64,000 nt of DNA from Bacteroidales bacterium (GTDB taxonomy: Bacteria > Bacteroidota > Bacteroidia > Bacteroidales > FEN-979): positions 33,090-97,089 of the forward strand of contig JALNZC010000002.1 in NCBI GenBank assembly GCA_023229525.1, read 5' to 3'. Below, one piece after another: positions 8,762 through 18,690 of the stretch. The notes under the pieces were generated by a model that saw only the letters and a list, made by a program, of their open reading frames with translations, was not told the DNA's origin and ran no database searches. Every line of letters starts with the position of its first letter. Position 1 is the first letter of the stretch. Made by a program: the position numbers and the translations under genes.

Positions 8762-11700
8762 TCATTTCAGTGTTTTGATAAGTGCTCCCCATTGTTTGTC
8801 CACCTCAAAATAATGTTTCAAATAATAATTGCCCAGGAGGAAGTGAGCCTTAACGATTTTCACACCCCGGGCAGCCATGCTGGTGAAGAAACTTTTAATC
8901 ATCCCGGAAGCAATTCCTTTACCCTGCAACGAAGCGGTAACAACAATACCGTCGAGAAACACATTTTCATCTTCCAGGTAACGCCAGGTCAGACCACCAA
9001 TGATCTTGTCTGTTTCATCCGTTACGATATACTGATGGTCGTTATCGGAAATATCTTTGGGATAATTTTCACGGAAAAAGAGCTGATAGAGCTGACCTGT
9101 TTCACGAGGTTCAATCGGTTCGCGCAAGGTATACCGTTTTCCTGATTTATCCTGGATCGGGAAACGTACGACCACGTGCTCTTTTTGAAGTTGGCCCACT
9201 TTCAGGAAATCGATATCACCATTTCCCTGAATACGGGGGAAAACCATCCGGTTGAATACATTTTTATCGTCACTCTCCTTCAGAACTGATTGCAGGTCGG
9301 ATAATTCTATCAATTGTATAGCCAATCCATCGTGATTTTCGTGCATACGGTCAATCAAAAAATCGAATGCTGTTTGAATTTCGGAACTGGATTCCGAAAA
9401 ATAAGTATGACGGTAAAAATAAAAGCGGACAAGTTCAAGGTATTGATTCAGTTTGTAAAGTTCCATCAATTCCCCCATGGTTTGCTCCTTGGCTGCCAAT
9501 GTCGTTAACTGGTTCATTTTGTACCAATCCTGGTACTGATCGATTGCACTGAACAGGGCGACCGGCAGATAATATTTTTTCAATGAAGACTGGATATATT
9601 GATCCAAAAACGTCTGTATATCAGCACGATCAAAACAGGTCATGGATTTTCCGCCAATATCTTGCTGCAGGTTTTTCAGGAAACCGGATGCTTCATCAAT
9701 TCCAAGTGCCTCAATACATGCATCAAAAATCCAGTTTACGTCGAGTTGTTTTCGGCACCAGGGATAAAGTGAAGCGGTTTTGCAATAATAATCCTGGAGC
9801 ATCGGAGACACAAGCGAAAGGGTGTTCTTATATTTTGACCATCCTGCCAGAGAAAGCACCAGGGCGTTTTCACGGAAATCCATTTCGGGAATTGAGACAT
9901 TGGAGGGGGAAATCGAACCTGGAACAATCTGATAACCACTATGATGCCACGCTTTAAAAATAACGGCAAATGACTTGATAAAGATTTTTTTCCAGGCATT
10001 TGCCCTGATATAACCGGAAGATCTGTGAATTTCAGATAATTCCCTGATTTTATCCCAAGCGGTCAGACCTCCGATATACTGGGTTGTAAGGATTCCCAGA
10101 TTAGGCCGGCTGCTTCCAAGCAACGGAGCAACAGCAGGTTCATGGGGGAATCCCGCCAATGAAGCAAGCCAATAAAAAGTATCCGGACTTGGCCTTTTGG
10201 AAGGATTTTCACTCATAACCATATGCAAGTCATAGTGTTTGCCCCCTATTGTATTAATACTCAACCGGTAATGCTTGAATTCCTTGTAAGCCAGCAACCG
10301 TAATATCCAGATTCCCTGATCCGGAATCCCGGCCAGGTCAAATCCCTTTTCATTAAAAGTCAGAACAATACTCTCATGAAGAAAAGTGGTGGTTCGGAAA
10401 ATTTTGGTGATACTTTGTTTTTCAGTATCGGAAATTCCATGTTCAAATACCAGTTTTGATTTCCAGGAGGCAATGGAATAAGGTTTGGATTTACTCTCAA
10501 TTTCTTTCTCGAATACGGAGGCCAGCTGATAAAAATATTTTTCTGCTATTTTTGATAAGTATGGATCTTGTTTGTGTAGGATCCATCGCGATAATTCGGC
10601 ACGCATCGGAACATAGTATTCCATGTGTGTGACGGCAAAATTATAAAGCATCCCGAGCACATCTTCAAATGCGCGCCTGCGTTTTTTTGTTGCCGGCCAT
10701 TTCAGGTTTGTACGGTAATAATAAAGTCGTTGTTTCAGGGCATCGAGCCGGTGTTTACCAAAGTTGCTGGAAGCAATTTCGCGGATCGATTTTTCATTCA
10801 GAAAAGAAAGTCCCGATTCGATAAATGGTGGCATTGCCGCAATGTCTTCAGGACGAGGAACTTTTAGAAGGATCAACCGGTATGCAAGACAACGGATCTC
10901 CTCCTCTGGATGGTATGCAAGCGCTTCAAGCCGATGTCGTAAGGTAGTGGTCAGCCGGGGTTCTGCAGTCCCCAGAATCTTACCCAATTCTTCCAGTGAA
11001 ACGAGAGCTTCCTCAAAATCACGATAATATGTATTGAAAAGTAGATTATTGGCCCGGATTAGCATATTGTCACGAACCGATTTAAATTCGGGGAAAAACG
11101 TTTGTTTTAATTTTCTGAATCCGGATAAGGAAATATTGGAAGAAATAGATCCAAGCGGGATATCCCAGCCCTCTTTGACCGGAAAGAAACTGATCAATTC
11201 AGGATTTCCGGTCCAGATTTTTGGCTGACGGGTAAAAATCCCCAAGTCGATCAGGTCAGAATTTATGAAGTACCTGAGATCTCCTACCTGAAACCAGTTG
11301 CCCTTGTATTTCTTTATCCTGAGTGCCATTCTGTTACGGCGATTCACCAAACGATGGGATTGATAAACAATGTCAGTTTCCAGAATTCCAAGATCGCGAA
11401 ATAACCATTTCGGTATATTTATCGTAAACCCGTCACCAGAAATGCGTACGGTGTTACTCTGGTAAAGCTTTTCAATGATATCTCTGAAATTGGATTCGAT
11501 GACCTTACGATTGAACGATCCTTTGGGGGTAATTTCCCCTTTTTCCCCACTGAAATCGCGGTTGAGGAGGGTAAAATTGATTACCCGTTCATACGTCGCC
11601 ACATCATTGTTTGCCTTCATGACAATCTGATGGAAATATTCTTCCTGGTTTTCACCCGACAGCGCTCTGAACAAAGAATCTTCACGATCAGGGACGATGA

Positions 11701-13351
11701 GTAAAACATTGTAGGGACGGTTATCCCCCACCAGAAAAACGTTTTTAATACCGGGAACTTTATAAAATTTCTTTTCAACAACCTGCGGCGCTACTGTTTG
11801 CCCGCGATTGTTCTTATAAATGTCTTTGATCCTGTCGATGATCTGGTAATGTCCATCTTTTGAAATTTTAAAGACGTCGCCTGTAGCGAGCCAATAATCT
11901 TTTCTCTGGGAGTCAGGATAACAAATTGTATCCCCGGGACCGGCATCTTCCAGATAACGCCCGACATAATGTCCACTGATTTCAAGTTCGGAATCACCCC
12001 TTAGCCGGGTTGAAATTCCAGGCAAAGGGATTCCAACCGAAAAATCCCGGTATGTTCCTGAAGGGGTCATAGTGATACCACCTGTTGCTTCGGTCATTCC
12101 AAAACCGCTGTTGAGATGGATCCCATAGAGGTTGAAAAAATGGAAAACGGCCGGATCAAGATAACCCGCGGCTGAAAGTCCCCAGTGTAACCGGTTACCG
12201 ACGACTTCCCTGACAGCTTTCTCACACAGATCCGGGTTCCCGACCGAACCGATGGTTTCCTGGCAACGATCGTACAGTTCCTGCCATCGCAATGGAATAC
12301 TGATAAAACCTGAAGGATTCGTTTTCGGAAAAAGGGAAAGAAGGGTCTCAGCGGAAGTGTTTCCGGTGAAAATATAGGTTCCGTCCCAGAAAATTGCACC
12401 TGTCATTTCAAGATACCTGCCAAAGGTATGATAGAGGGGAAGATAGGAAAGAAAAAGTTCATTTCCCACTTCGGGTAAAGCAGCAGCACGGGCGAAACGT
12501 TTACTGACGATATTATAAATGGAAAAAGAGACTCCTTTCGGGAAACCGGTGCTACCTGATGTGAACATGGTCGTAGCAACCATGTTGTTTTGCCGGACCG
12601 GCTGACGGGCCAGTGTAACATCGTTATCCCACCTGGAAATTTTTTTCCCTTCCTCGACAAGATAAGGAATATTCCGGGTTTTCGAGGTAGCCGGCTGTAA
12701 TGAGAATATCTGAAATTTAACATCCGTTTTATCGCGAATCTTTTCCAACAAGGCCAACCGGTCTTCGGTATCTGCGAGGGCAATGTTGATTTTCAATTCA
12801 TTGAAAATCGAAAGTAATACGTCAATTTTAAAATGTGGGCTCAACGGTGTATCGAAAATGCCAAACATCAGGCAGGCAAGATCGGTGCAGGCACCCTCCA
12901 GGCAGTTTTCGGTATAAATAGCAACCCTTGGCTGGTTGGGTACTGTCCTGTAAAAACCACCCGCAATTTCGCGCAGGTGCCGGAAAATCTGCACATAGGT
13001 CCAATCAATAGCCAGGGCCGAAGACATGTCCTTGAACAGCACAAGATCCGGGTGAGCAGCTACGCGTTGTTCCATCATGTCGCGCAGGTTATAATCTATG
13101 CTTTGGATGATCTTGAATACCCATTTGACCCATTCTTCACGCAATCTTGAAGTCTTTAGAGCCTTCAGAAATACCGGTTTTTTCGTAGTATTAAGAAAAT
13201 CAAGCCAGAAAGGTTTCTTCAATGATTTTTCCCTTTTTGTATTGAAGATCAAGGAAGTAGATTTTATGATCTGCGTTACCAGATTTCCTTCGGCGGCGTC
13301 ATCGTCTTTTTGACTTTTCCACTTTTCCAGTAAGGTCTCTAATTCAACCAT
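8762..13351 (-). CDS. 1529-aa fusion protein: an N-terminal AMP-forming acyl-CoA synthetase/adenylation domain, a central region of about 750 aa with no motif I recognise, and a C-terminal GNAT acetyltransferase domain.
   Basis: Adenylation motifs FTSGSTGFPKGV, GFGMTEATGG, GDVFKISKDGHYQIIDRIKD and PKGSFNRK. The C-terminus DGIVVTASLQGKGIASGMIKSFF fits the GNAT Q/RxxGxG/A motif. Confidence 0.8.
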   Translation of the reverse strand: MVELETLLEKWKSQKDDDAAEGNLVTQIIKSTSLIFNTKREKSLKKPFWLDFLNTTKKPVFLKALKTSRLREEWVKWVFKIIQSIDYNLRDMMEQRVAAHPDLVLFKDMSSALAIDWTYVQIFRHLREIAGGFYRTVPNQPRVAIYTENCLEGACTDLACLMFGIFDTPLSPHFKIDVLLSIFNELKINIALADTEDRLALLEKIRDKTDVKFQIFSLQPATSKTRNIPYLVEEGKKISRWDNDVTLARQPVRQNNMVATTMFTSGSTGFPKGVSFSIYNIVSKRFARAAALPEVGNELFLSYLPLYHTFGRYLEMTGAIFWDGTYIFTGNTSAETLLSLFPKTNPSGFISIPLRWQELYDRCQETIGSVGNPDLCEKAVREVVGNRLHWGLSAAGYLDPAVFHFFNLYGIHLNSGFGMTEATGGITMTPSGTYRDFSVGIPLPGISTRLRGDSELEISGHYVGRYLEDAGPGDTICYPDSQRKDYWLATGDVFKISKDGHYQIIDRIKDIYKNNRGQTVAPQVVEKKFYKVPGIKNVFLVGDNRPYNVLLIVPDREDSLFRALSGENQEEYFHQIVMKANNDVATYERVINFTLLNRDFSGEKGEITPKGSFNRKVIESNFRDIIEKLYQSNTVRISGDGFTINIPKWLFRDLGILETDIVYQSHRLVNRRNRMALRIKKYKGNWFQVGDLRYFINSDLIDLGIFTRQPKIWTGNPELISFFPVKEGWDIPLGSISSNISLSGFRKLKQTFFPEFKSVRDNMLIRANNLLFNTYYRDFEEALVSLEELGKILGTAEPRLTTTLRHRLEALAYHPEEEIRCLAYRLILLKVPRPEDIAAMPPFIESGLSFLNEKSIREIASSNFGKHRLDALKQRLYYYRTNLKWPATKKRRRAFEDVLGMLYNFAVTHMEYYVPMRAELSRWILHKQDPYLSKIAEKYFYQLASVFEKEIESKSKPYSIASWKSKLVFEHGISDTEKQSITKIFRTTTFLHESIVLTFNEKGFDLAGIPDQGIWILRLLAYKEFKHYRLSINTIGGKHYDLHMVMSENPSKRPSPDTFYWLASLAGFPHEPAVAPLLGSSRPNLGILTTQYIGGLTAWDKIRELSEIHRSSGYIRANAWKKIFIKSFAVIFKAWHHSGYQIVPGSISPSNVSIPEMDFRENALVLSLAGWSKYKNTLSLVSPMLQDYYCKTASLYPWCRKQLDVNWIFDACIEALGIDEASGFLKNLQQDIGGKSMTCFDRADIQTFLDQYIQSSLKKYYLPVALFSAIDQYQDWYKMNQLTTLAAKEQTMGELMELYKLNQYLELVRFYFYRHTYFSESSSEIQTAFDFLIDRMHENHDGLAIQLIELSDLQSVLKESDDKNVFNRMVFPRIQGNGDIDFLKVGQLQKEHVVVRFPIQDKSGKRYTLREPIEPRETGQLYQLFFRENYPKDISDNDHQYIVTDETDKIIGGLTWRYLEDENVFLDGIVVTASLQGKGIASGMIKSFFTSMAARGVKIVKAHFLLGNYYLKHYFEVDKQWGALIKTLK

Positions 13352-13468
13352 TGTTCGTTCATCTTTGATTAAAAACTTTTATAAATTTATAACCTTATTT
13401 TTAAATAAAAACTATTACATTTAAACTTCTAAATATATCGTTTATTTTACTTTCAAAATTAGTTATTT

Positions 13469-15730
13469 ATGTTACTCAATACTAAATCGATACAGGACAC
13501 TTACAAAAAAATCGAGGAGGGTGTTTCCAGAGCAAAATTGATGTTGGAAAAACCGTTGACACTTACAGAAAAGATTTTGTATGGTCATTTATTTGAAGGG
13601 AGTTTGAAAAAAACCTATATACGGGGGAAGGATTATGTGAATTTTTTGCCTGACCGGGTGGCCATGCAGGATGCCACTGCCCAGATGGCCCTTTTGCAGT
13701 TTATGACTGCTGGCAAGAGAGCGTCAGCCGTTCCGGCAACAGTTCACTGCGACCATCTGATCCAGGCTCAACTTGGCGTTAAGACTGACCTGACCACCGC
13801 CCTGGTTCAAAACAAGGAGGTTTATCATTTTCTTGAAACAGTCTCTGCAAAGTATGGTATTGGTTTCTGGAAACCCGGTGCAGGGATCATTCATCAGGTG
13901 GTTTTTGAAAATTATGCCTTTCCCGGGGGGATGATGATCGGGACCGATTCACATACACCCAATGCCGGCGGGCTTTGCATGGTTGCGATTGGTGTTGGCG
14001 GGGCTGATGCGGTTGACGTTATGGCTGCCATGCCGCTTGAACTTAAAATGCCGAAAATTCTGGGCGTTGAATTAACCGGGAAACTCAGCGGATGGGCTTC
14101 ACCTAAAGATATAATTCTGAAACTCTCCGGACTATTGACTGTTAAAGGGGGCACCGGATTTATCATTGAATATTTTGGCGAGGGTGCAGAATCGCTTTCC
14201 TGCACAGGTAAAGGAACCATCTGCAACATGGGCGCTGAGGTAGGTGCCACTTGTTCATTGTTCAGCTATGATCAAAAAATGAAGGCGTATCTTGTGGCAA
14301 CCGGACGGGAAGAGGTTGCAGCACTTGCTGATCAATACAGAGACAACCTGGTACCGGATACCGCCATTTATAAGAATCCGCAGGCTTATTATGACCAATA
14401 CATTAAACTTGATCTTTCGACCATTGAGCCCTATATCAACGGTCCCTATTCGCCGGATATAGCTCATCCCATATCGGAATTCAAAGCGTTCATTATAGAC
14501 AGTAAATATCCGGAGACATTGGAAGTAGGGTTGATCGGCTCATGTACCAATTCCTCATACGAAGATATCTCACGCGCAGCTTCCATAGCCAGACAAGCAA
14601 GAGCAAAAAATCTTAAGGTCAGGTCGGAGTTTATCATTACACCCGGATCGGAGCAGATCAGGTTTACCTGTGAACGTGACGGGTTACTTGAAGTTTTCAG
14701 CGATATCGGCGGTGTGATCATGGCGAACGCTTGTGGTCCATGTATTGGTCAGTGGTCAAGGAAAATGGATAATCCCGAACGCAAAAATTCGATACTGAAC
14801 TCCTTTAACCGGAATTTTGCGAAACGTAACGATGGAAATGCCAGTACCCACAGTTTCATCGCATCCCCGGAAATCGTCACTGCCCTGACCCTTGCAGGTA
14901 ATCTTACCTTCAACCCGCTGAAAGATACCCTGGTAAATGAACAGGGAAGGGAAGTGAAACTGGATGAACCGTCCGGTCATGAACTTCCTCCGAAAGGATT
15001 TGCCATGAAAGATACCGGATACGTGGCCCCTCCGAAGGATCCCTCCATGGTTTCCGTTCAGATAGAACCTGATTCCGATCGCTTACAGTTGCTGGAACCT
15101 TTTGAACCCTGGAATGGGAAAGATATTACCGGTCTGCGTCTCCTGATCAAGGCCAAAGGAAAGTGTACCACCGACCATATTTCCATGGCCGGACCTTGGC
15201 TCAAGTATCGCGGACACCTCGATAATATTTCAAACAACCTCTTGATGGGAGCCCTTAACTTCTTTAATGAAAAGACCAATTCCGTGAAGAATGTCGAAAC
15301 CGGTGAATATAATGAGGTTTCTAAGATCGCCAGGTATTATAAAGCGAAGTGCATACCTACGATGATTGTCGGTGATGAAAATTATGGTGAAGGATCCTCC
15401 CGGGAACATGCTGCAATGGAGCCACGACATCTTGGCGTCCGCATAGTACTGGTAAAATCGTTTGCCCGTATCCATGAAACAAACCTGAAAAAACAGGGAA
15501 TTCTTGCCCTGACTTTTACTGATCTTGAAGATTATAATAAGATTCGCGAGGAAGATCAGTTTGATCTTATCGGGTTGGATAAATTTTCACCCGGAATCCC
15601 ATTGGAATTAATCATCTATCATTCAGACGGAATGTCCGAGGTTATCGCTCTCAATCACAGTTACAACGACCAGCAGATCAAATGGTTCAAGGCAGGCGGC
15701 GCCCTTAATTTTATGAAAACCTTAAAATAG
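13469..15730 (+). CDS. acnA: Aconitate hydratase, mitochondrial-type, 753 aa.
   Basis: [46 protein letters not shown] and [10 protein letters not shown] are the aconitase Fe-S ligand and substrate motifs. Confidence 0.95.
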   Translation: MLLNTKSIQDTYKKIEEGVSRAKLMLEKPLTLTEKILYGHLFEGSLKKTYIRGKDYVNFLPDRVAMQDATAQMALLQFMTAGKRASAVPATVHCDHLIQAQLGVKTDLTTALVQNKEVYHFLETVSAKYGIGFWKPGAGIIHQVVFENYAFPGGMMIGTDSHTPNAGGLCMVAIGVGGADAVDVMAAMPLELKMPKILGVELTGKLSGWASPKDIILKLSGLLTVKGGTGFIIEYFGEGAESLSCTGKGTICNMGAEVGATCSLFSYDQKMKAYLVATGREEVAALADQYRDNLVPDTAIYKNPQAYYDQYIKLDLSTIEPYINGPYSPDIAHPISEFKAFIIDSKYPETLEVGLIGSCTNSSYEDISRAASIARQARAKNLKVRSEFIITPGSEQIRFTCERDGLLEVFSDIGGVIMANACGPCIGQWSRKMDNPERKNSILNSFNRNFAKRNDGNASTHSFIASPEIVTALTLAGNLTFNPLKDTLVNEQGREVKLDEPSGHELPPKGFAMKDTGYVAPPKDPSMVSVQIEPDSDRLQLLEPFEPWNGKDITGLRLLIKAKGKCTTDHISMAGPWLKYRGHLDNISNNLLMGALNFFNEKTNSVKNVETGEYNEVSKIARYYKAKCIPTMIVGDENYGEGSSREHAAMEPRHLGVRIVLVKSFARIHETNLKKQGILALTFTDLEDYNKIREEDQFDLIGLDKFSPGIPLELIIYHSDGMSEVIALNHSYNDQQIKWFKAGGALNFMKTLK

Positions 15731-16141
15731 AATATCAGGAATCCTGTTTTATCTGCGGGTAATTTTTTTCCATATACCTGCTGACCCAATAACCAGCCAT
15801 CCGACGTGGCATTAACCGGGTAAGAATAAAAAACTGGAGACGGTTTTTTCATCCTGGTATGCAGACCGCTGTTTTACCGAGTTTTTTCAATCCATAGCGG
15901 GCAATATCCAGTGGATCCATAAGGCTGATATTCCTTGATAGAATATGGGGTTGTGTCGACCAGAACATCGGTGTCGAGGTGGTGCCTGCACAGCCAACAG
16001 CTCCGGCCACAACTGCCCACTCCCCATATTTATTGTGAAAGGCATCCATGGAATTTTTTATCTTTGGCAACTGTGAAAACAGTCGGTACATGATTTTTCG
16101 GAGATCAGTTTTCGTTGCAATAATACTTAAATCTTTCAATA

Positions 16142-17311
16142 ATGAAGGGATTGCTCTTTTTCTTTTTAAGGATGTTGAAATTCTTTCACAACATCCGGAT
16201 GAAACTGTCCGGAAAAACTGAAGATGATCTTCATGCTCAAAGAGTTGTTGGAGGTGAATCCTGGGAAGAGTTTTGTAATAACCTGAAAACGGCCGGCGCC
16301 TCTTTACTTTATCCGGGAACACCGCGTGATGCTTTTAACCAGGCGGAAGGGCTGAGATACCTGACACGACTTACACGCGGCGGATTGGAAGCCTTTGTGG
16401 AATTTTGCGATCCGGCATTTCCGGTATTGCGTCGCATGGCACATGAAACGATAAAACTCGGAGCCGATAACCCCGACAATTATTATTTCAATGCACAGAT
16501 CAGCGGTAAATATTCGTACCGCATCCGTGGAAAAAGAAACACAGTTCATTATATCGGTTTTTTTACTCAGAATGGAAATTACGGATCGACGGGTGGACTG
16601 GCTCCCAGTGGTGCGTTGGAAGATTCCGAACTAAAAATCGAGGAAGACGGCAGTTTCGAGATCATCCTCAGTAAATCTCGGGCTGGTAAAAACTGGTTAA
16701 AAACCGAAGATGCAACTACAATGGTTTTGGTGCGGCAGACATTCTTTGACCGGTTCGCCGAAACTCCGGCTGAAATTCTTATTGAAAATCTGGATGGCAG
16801 AACACAACCGGATCCCATTACCCCGGCTATGATCGATGAAGGATTGAAGACAGTATCCTTGTTTGTAGCCGGGGCCTCCTTGCTTTTCGCACGATGGGCG
16901 AAAGGGTTTCAAAAGCATACCAACCGGTTACCTTTGTTTGATCCTGAAGTTTCCAATGCCGCAGGTGGAGATGCACAAATTATTTATTACCACAGTTATT
17001 GGAGATTGGCTGTGGATGAAGCCCTGGTAATCGAAGTTATGCCACCGGATTGCGATTCATGGAATTTTCAACTCAACAATTACTGGATGGAATCGCTTGA
17101 TTATAGATATTTTACAATTTGTATCAATAAAGCATCGGCCCACTATGAAGCAGATGGATCAGTCAGGGTTGTCGTTGCCCATTCCGACCCGGGAATTCCG
17201 AACTGGATCAATACATGCAATCACACCGAAGGGACCATGCTCTGGCGATGGTACCGGTTGAAAGATAGTGCACAAGCGATGGAACCGGCATGTAAAGTAA
17301 TTAAGAATTAG
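16142..17311 (+). CDS. Hypothetical protein, DUF1214-like by recollection of the LGADNPDNxY motif. The start codon is uncertain.
   Basis: 389-aa ORF with EGLRYLTRLTRGGLEAFVE and KLGADNPDNYYFNA. First gene of a same-strand trio with the sulfotransferase and SDR. Confidence 0.5.
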   Translation: MKGLLFFFLRMLKFFHNIRMKLSGKTEDDLHAQRVVGGESWEEFCNNLKTAGASLLYPGTPRDAFNQAEGLRYLTRLTRGGLEAFVEFCDPAFPVLRRMAHETIKLGADNPDNYYFNAQISGKYSYRIRGKRNTVHYIGFFTQNGNYGSTGGLAPSGALEDSELKIEEDGSFEIILSKSRAGKNWLKTEDATTMVLVRQTFFDRFAETPAEILIENLDGRTQPDPITPAMIDEGLKTVSLFVAGASLLFARWAKGFQKHTNRLPLFDPEVSNAAGGDAQIIYYHSYWRLAVDEALVIEVMPPDCDSWNFQLNNYWMESLDYRYFTICINKASAHYEADGSVRVVVAHSDPGIPNWINTCNHTEGTMLWRWYRLKDSAQAMEPACKVIKN

Positions 17312-17373
17312 GTATGACGGATTAGGAATTAATTGATAATTATACATTGTTCATTAATATTACTTGAAATACA

Positions 17374-18690
17374 ATGGCTGGAGAGAGTTTCAGGAAAAGT
17401 CCATGGTGGTTTAATGGGGTGAATGTGGTATGGAAAAAAACCTATTTTTTAGGAACAAAGATCAAGCTGGACAAAGATGAAATGATCAAAACCGCCAGGG
17501 CGAAGACGGGCCTGCACGATCTCGGCAAAGAGTTCATGGATGAACCGTTGGAAAGACTTATTACTTCAATCAATAAAGAAGCTAACCTCCATCCGGTCGG
17601 AAGATTTATTACCCGGGAACGGTTTGTGAGTTTATTATGTATCCGTCTTCGCGCTGAATATTTTTTCAGGAAATATCCCCGGATCCTTGAACAAGATCTT
17701 TACCCTGCCTGGATCATCATTGGATTGCAACGTACCGGTACCACAAAGCTTCAACGTCTGCTGGCAGCCGATCCGGATCACCGGGTCATCCCCAGTTGGG
17801 AAGTGATCAACCCCGTTCCCATCAACATGGATTATTTTGAAAATACACATCAACTCCTGGATCATAATCCAGAATCCAGTATCCAGAATCCAACATCCAG
17901 CATCCTTTATCCTGATCCTCTCCGCGTGAAGATCGCCAATACCTCCGTCAATGCTGTGAAATTCATGTCACCCGGTTTCTTTGCCATTCATCCGATCGAT
18001 ACAATGGAGCCCGAAGAAGATATTCTGTTGCTTGACATCAGTTTTTTAAGCACCACTCCGGAAGCTATGATGCAGGTGCCTTCCTATGCATCCTGGCTGG
18101 AACAAACCGATCAATCGCCGGCCTACGCTTATGCCGTGAAACTGCTGAAATTTCTGCAATGGATTAAACCGGCCAGAAGGTGGGTGCTGAAGACACCGCA
18201 CCACCTGGAATTTCCCGATCTGATCGAAAAGTATTTTGGGAAAGTGCACTTCCTTTGGCCTCACCGGAGGATCTATGAGTCGGTTCCTTCATTCCTAAGT
18301 ATGGTCACATACAACCAGATGATTTTCAGTGATCATGTGGATGAGCAACAGGTTGCCCAGCACTGGATCAGGAAGACCGGTTATATGCTACAGAAAGCGC
18401 TCGATTACCGGAACAAGGGAAATAATCAAGAGAAGTTCCTCGATATATACTACAAAAATTTCATAAATGATCCAATCGATACATTGTCAGGAATTTACTC
18501 AATGGATGGCGGGTTAACTCCCGAACTTATTACACGGTTTAATCAGCATGAACGTGATCATCCGCATCGAAAATATGGTGCCCATCAATATTCGCTTGCC
18601 GATTTCGGGTTGACCGAGGCCGATATCGACCAACATACCACTTCCTATCAACAATTTATTTTGCAACACAATGGCTGGGATCAGGCATAA
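17374..18690 (+). CDS. Sulfotransferase family protein.
   Basis: A PAPS 5'-phosphosulfate-binding loop-like GLQRTGTTKLQRLL, with VLKTPHHL downstream. Carries an in-frame heptamer-repeat insertion at 17864-17919. Confidence 0.7.
   Translation: MAGESFRKSPWWFNGVNVVWKKTYFLGTKIKLDKDEMIKTARAKTGLHDLGKEFMDEPLERLITSINKEANLHPVGRFITRERFVSLLCIRLRAEYFFRKYPRILEQDLYPAWIIIGLQRTGTTKLQRLLAADPDHRVIPSWEVINPVPINMDYFENTHQLLDHNPESSIQNPTSSILYPDPLRVKIANTSVNAVKFMSPGFFAIHPIDTMEPEEDILLLDISFLSTTPEAMMQVPSYASWLEQTDQSPAYAYAVKLLKFLQWIKPARRWVLKTPHHLEFPDLIEKYFGKVHFLWPHRRIYESVPSFLSMVTYNQMIFSDHVDEQQVAQHWIRKTGYMLQKALDYRNKGNNQEKFLDIYYKNFINDPIDTLSGIYSMDGGLTPELITRFNQHERDHPHRKYGAHQYSLADFGLTEADIDQHTTSYQQFILQHNGWDQA
17864..17919. repeat. 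In-frame tandem heptamer array (NNNATCC x8) inside the sulfotransferase CDS.
   Basis: ataatcc agaatcc agtatcc agaatcc aacatcc agcatcc tttatcc tgatcct, translated as NPESSIQNPTSSILYPDP. Confidence 0.85.

Noticed and set aside
15849-16322. 157-aa minus-strand ORF (or an 80-aa version from ATG 16091) between aconitase and the DUF1214-like gene, abutting another small ORF at 15661-15852 in a different frame.
   Set aside because: It has no recognisable motif beyond a vague GEWAVVAGA Rossmann-like string. It overlaps the plus-strand gene start and the aconitase 3' end. It could be a decayed gene fragment, but I cannot support a call.
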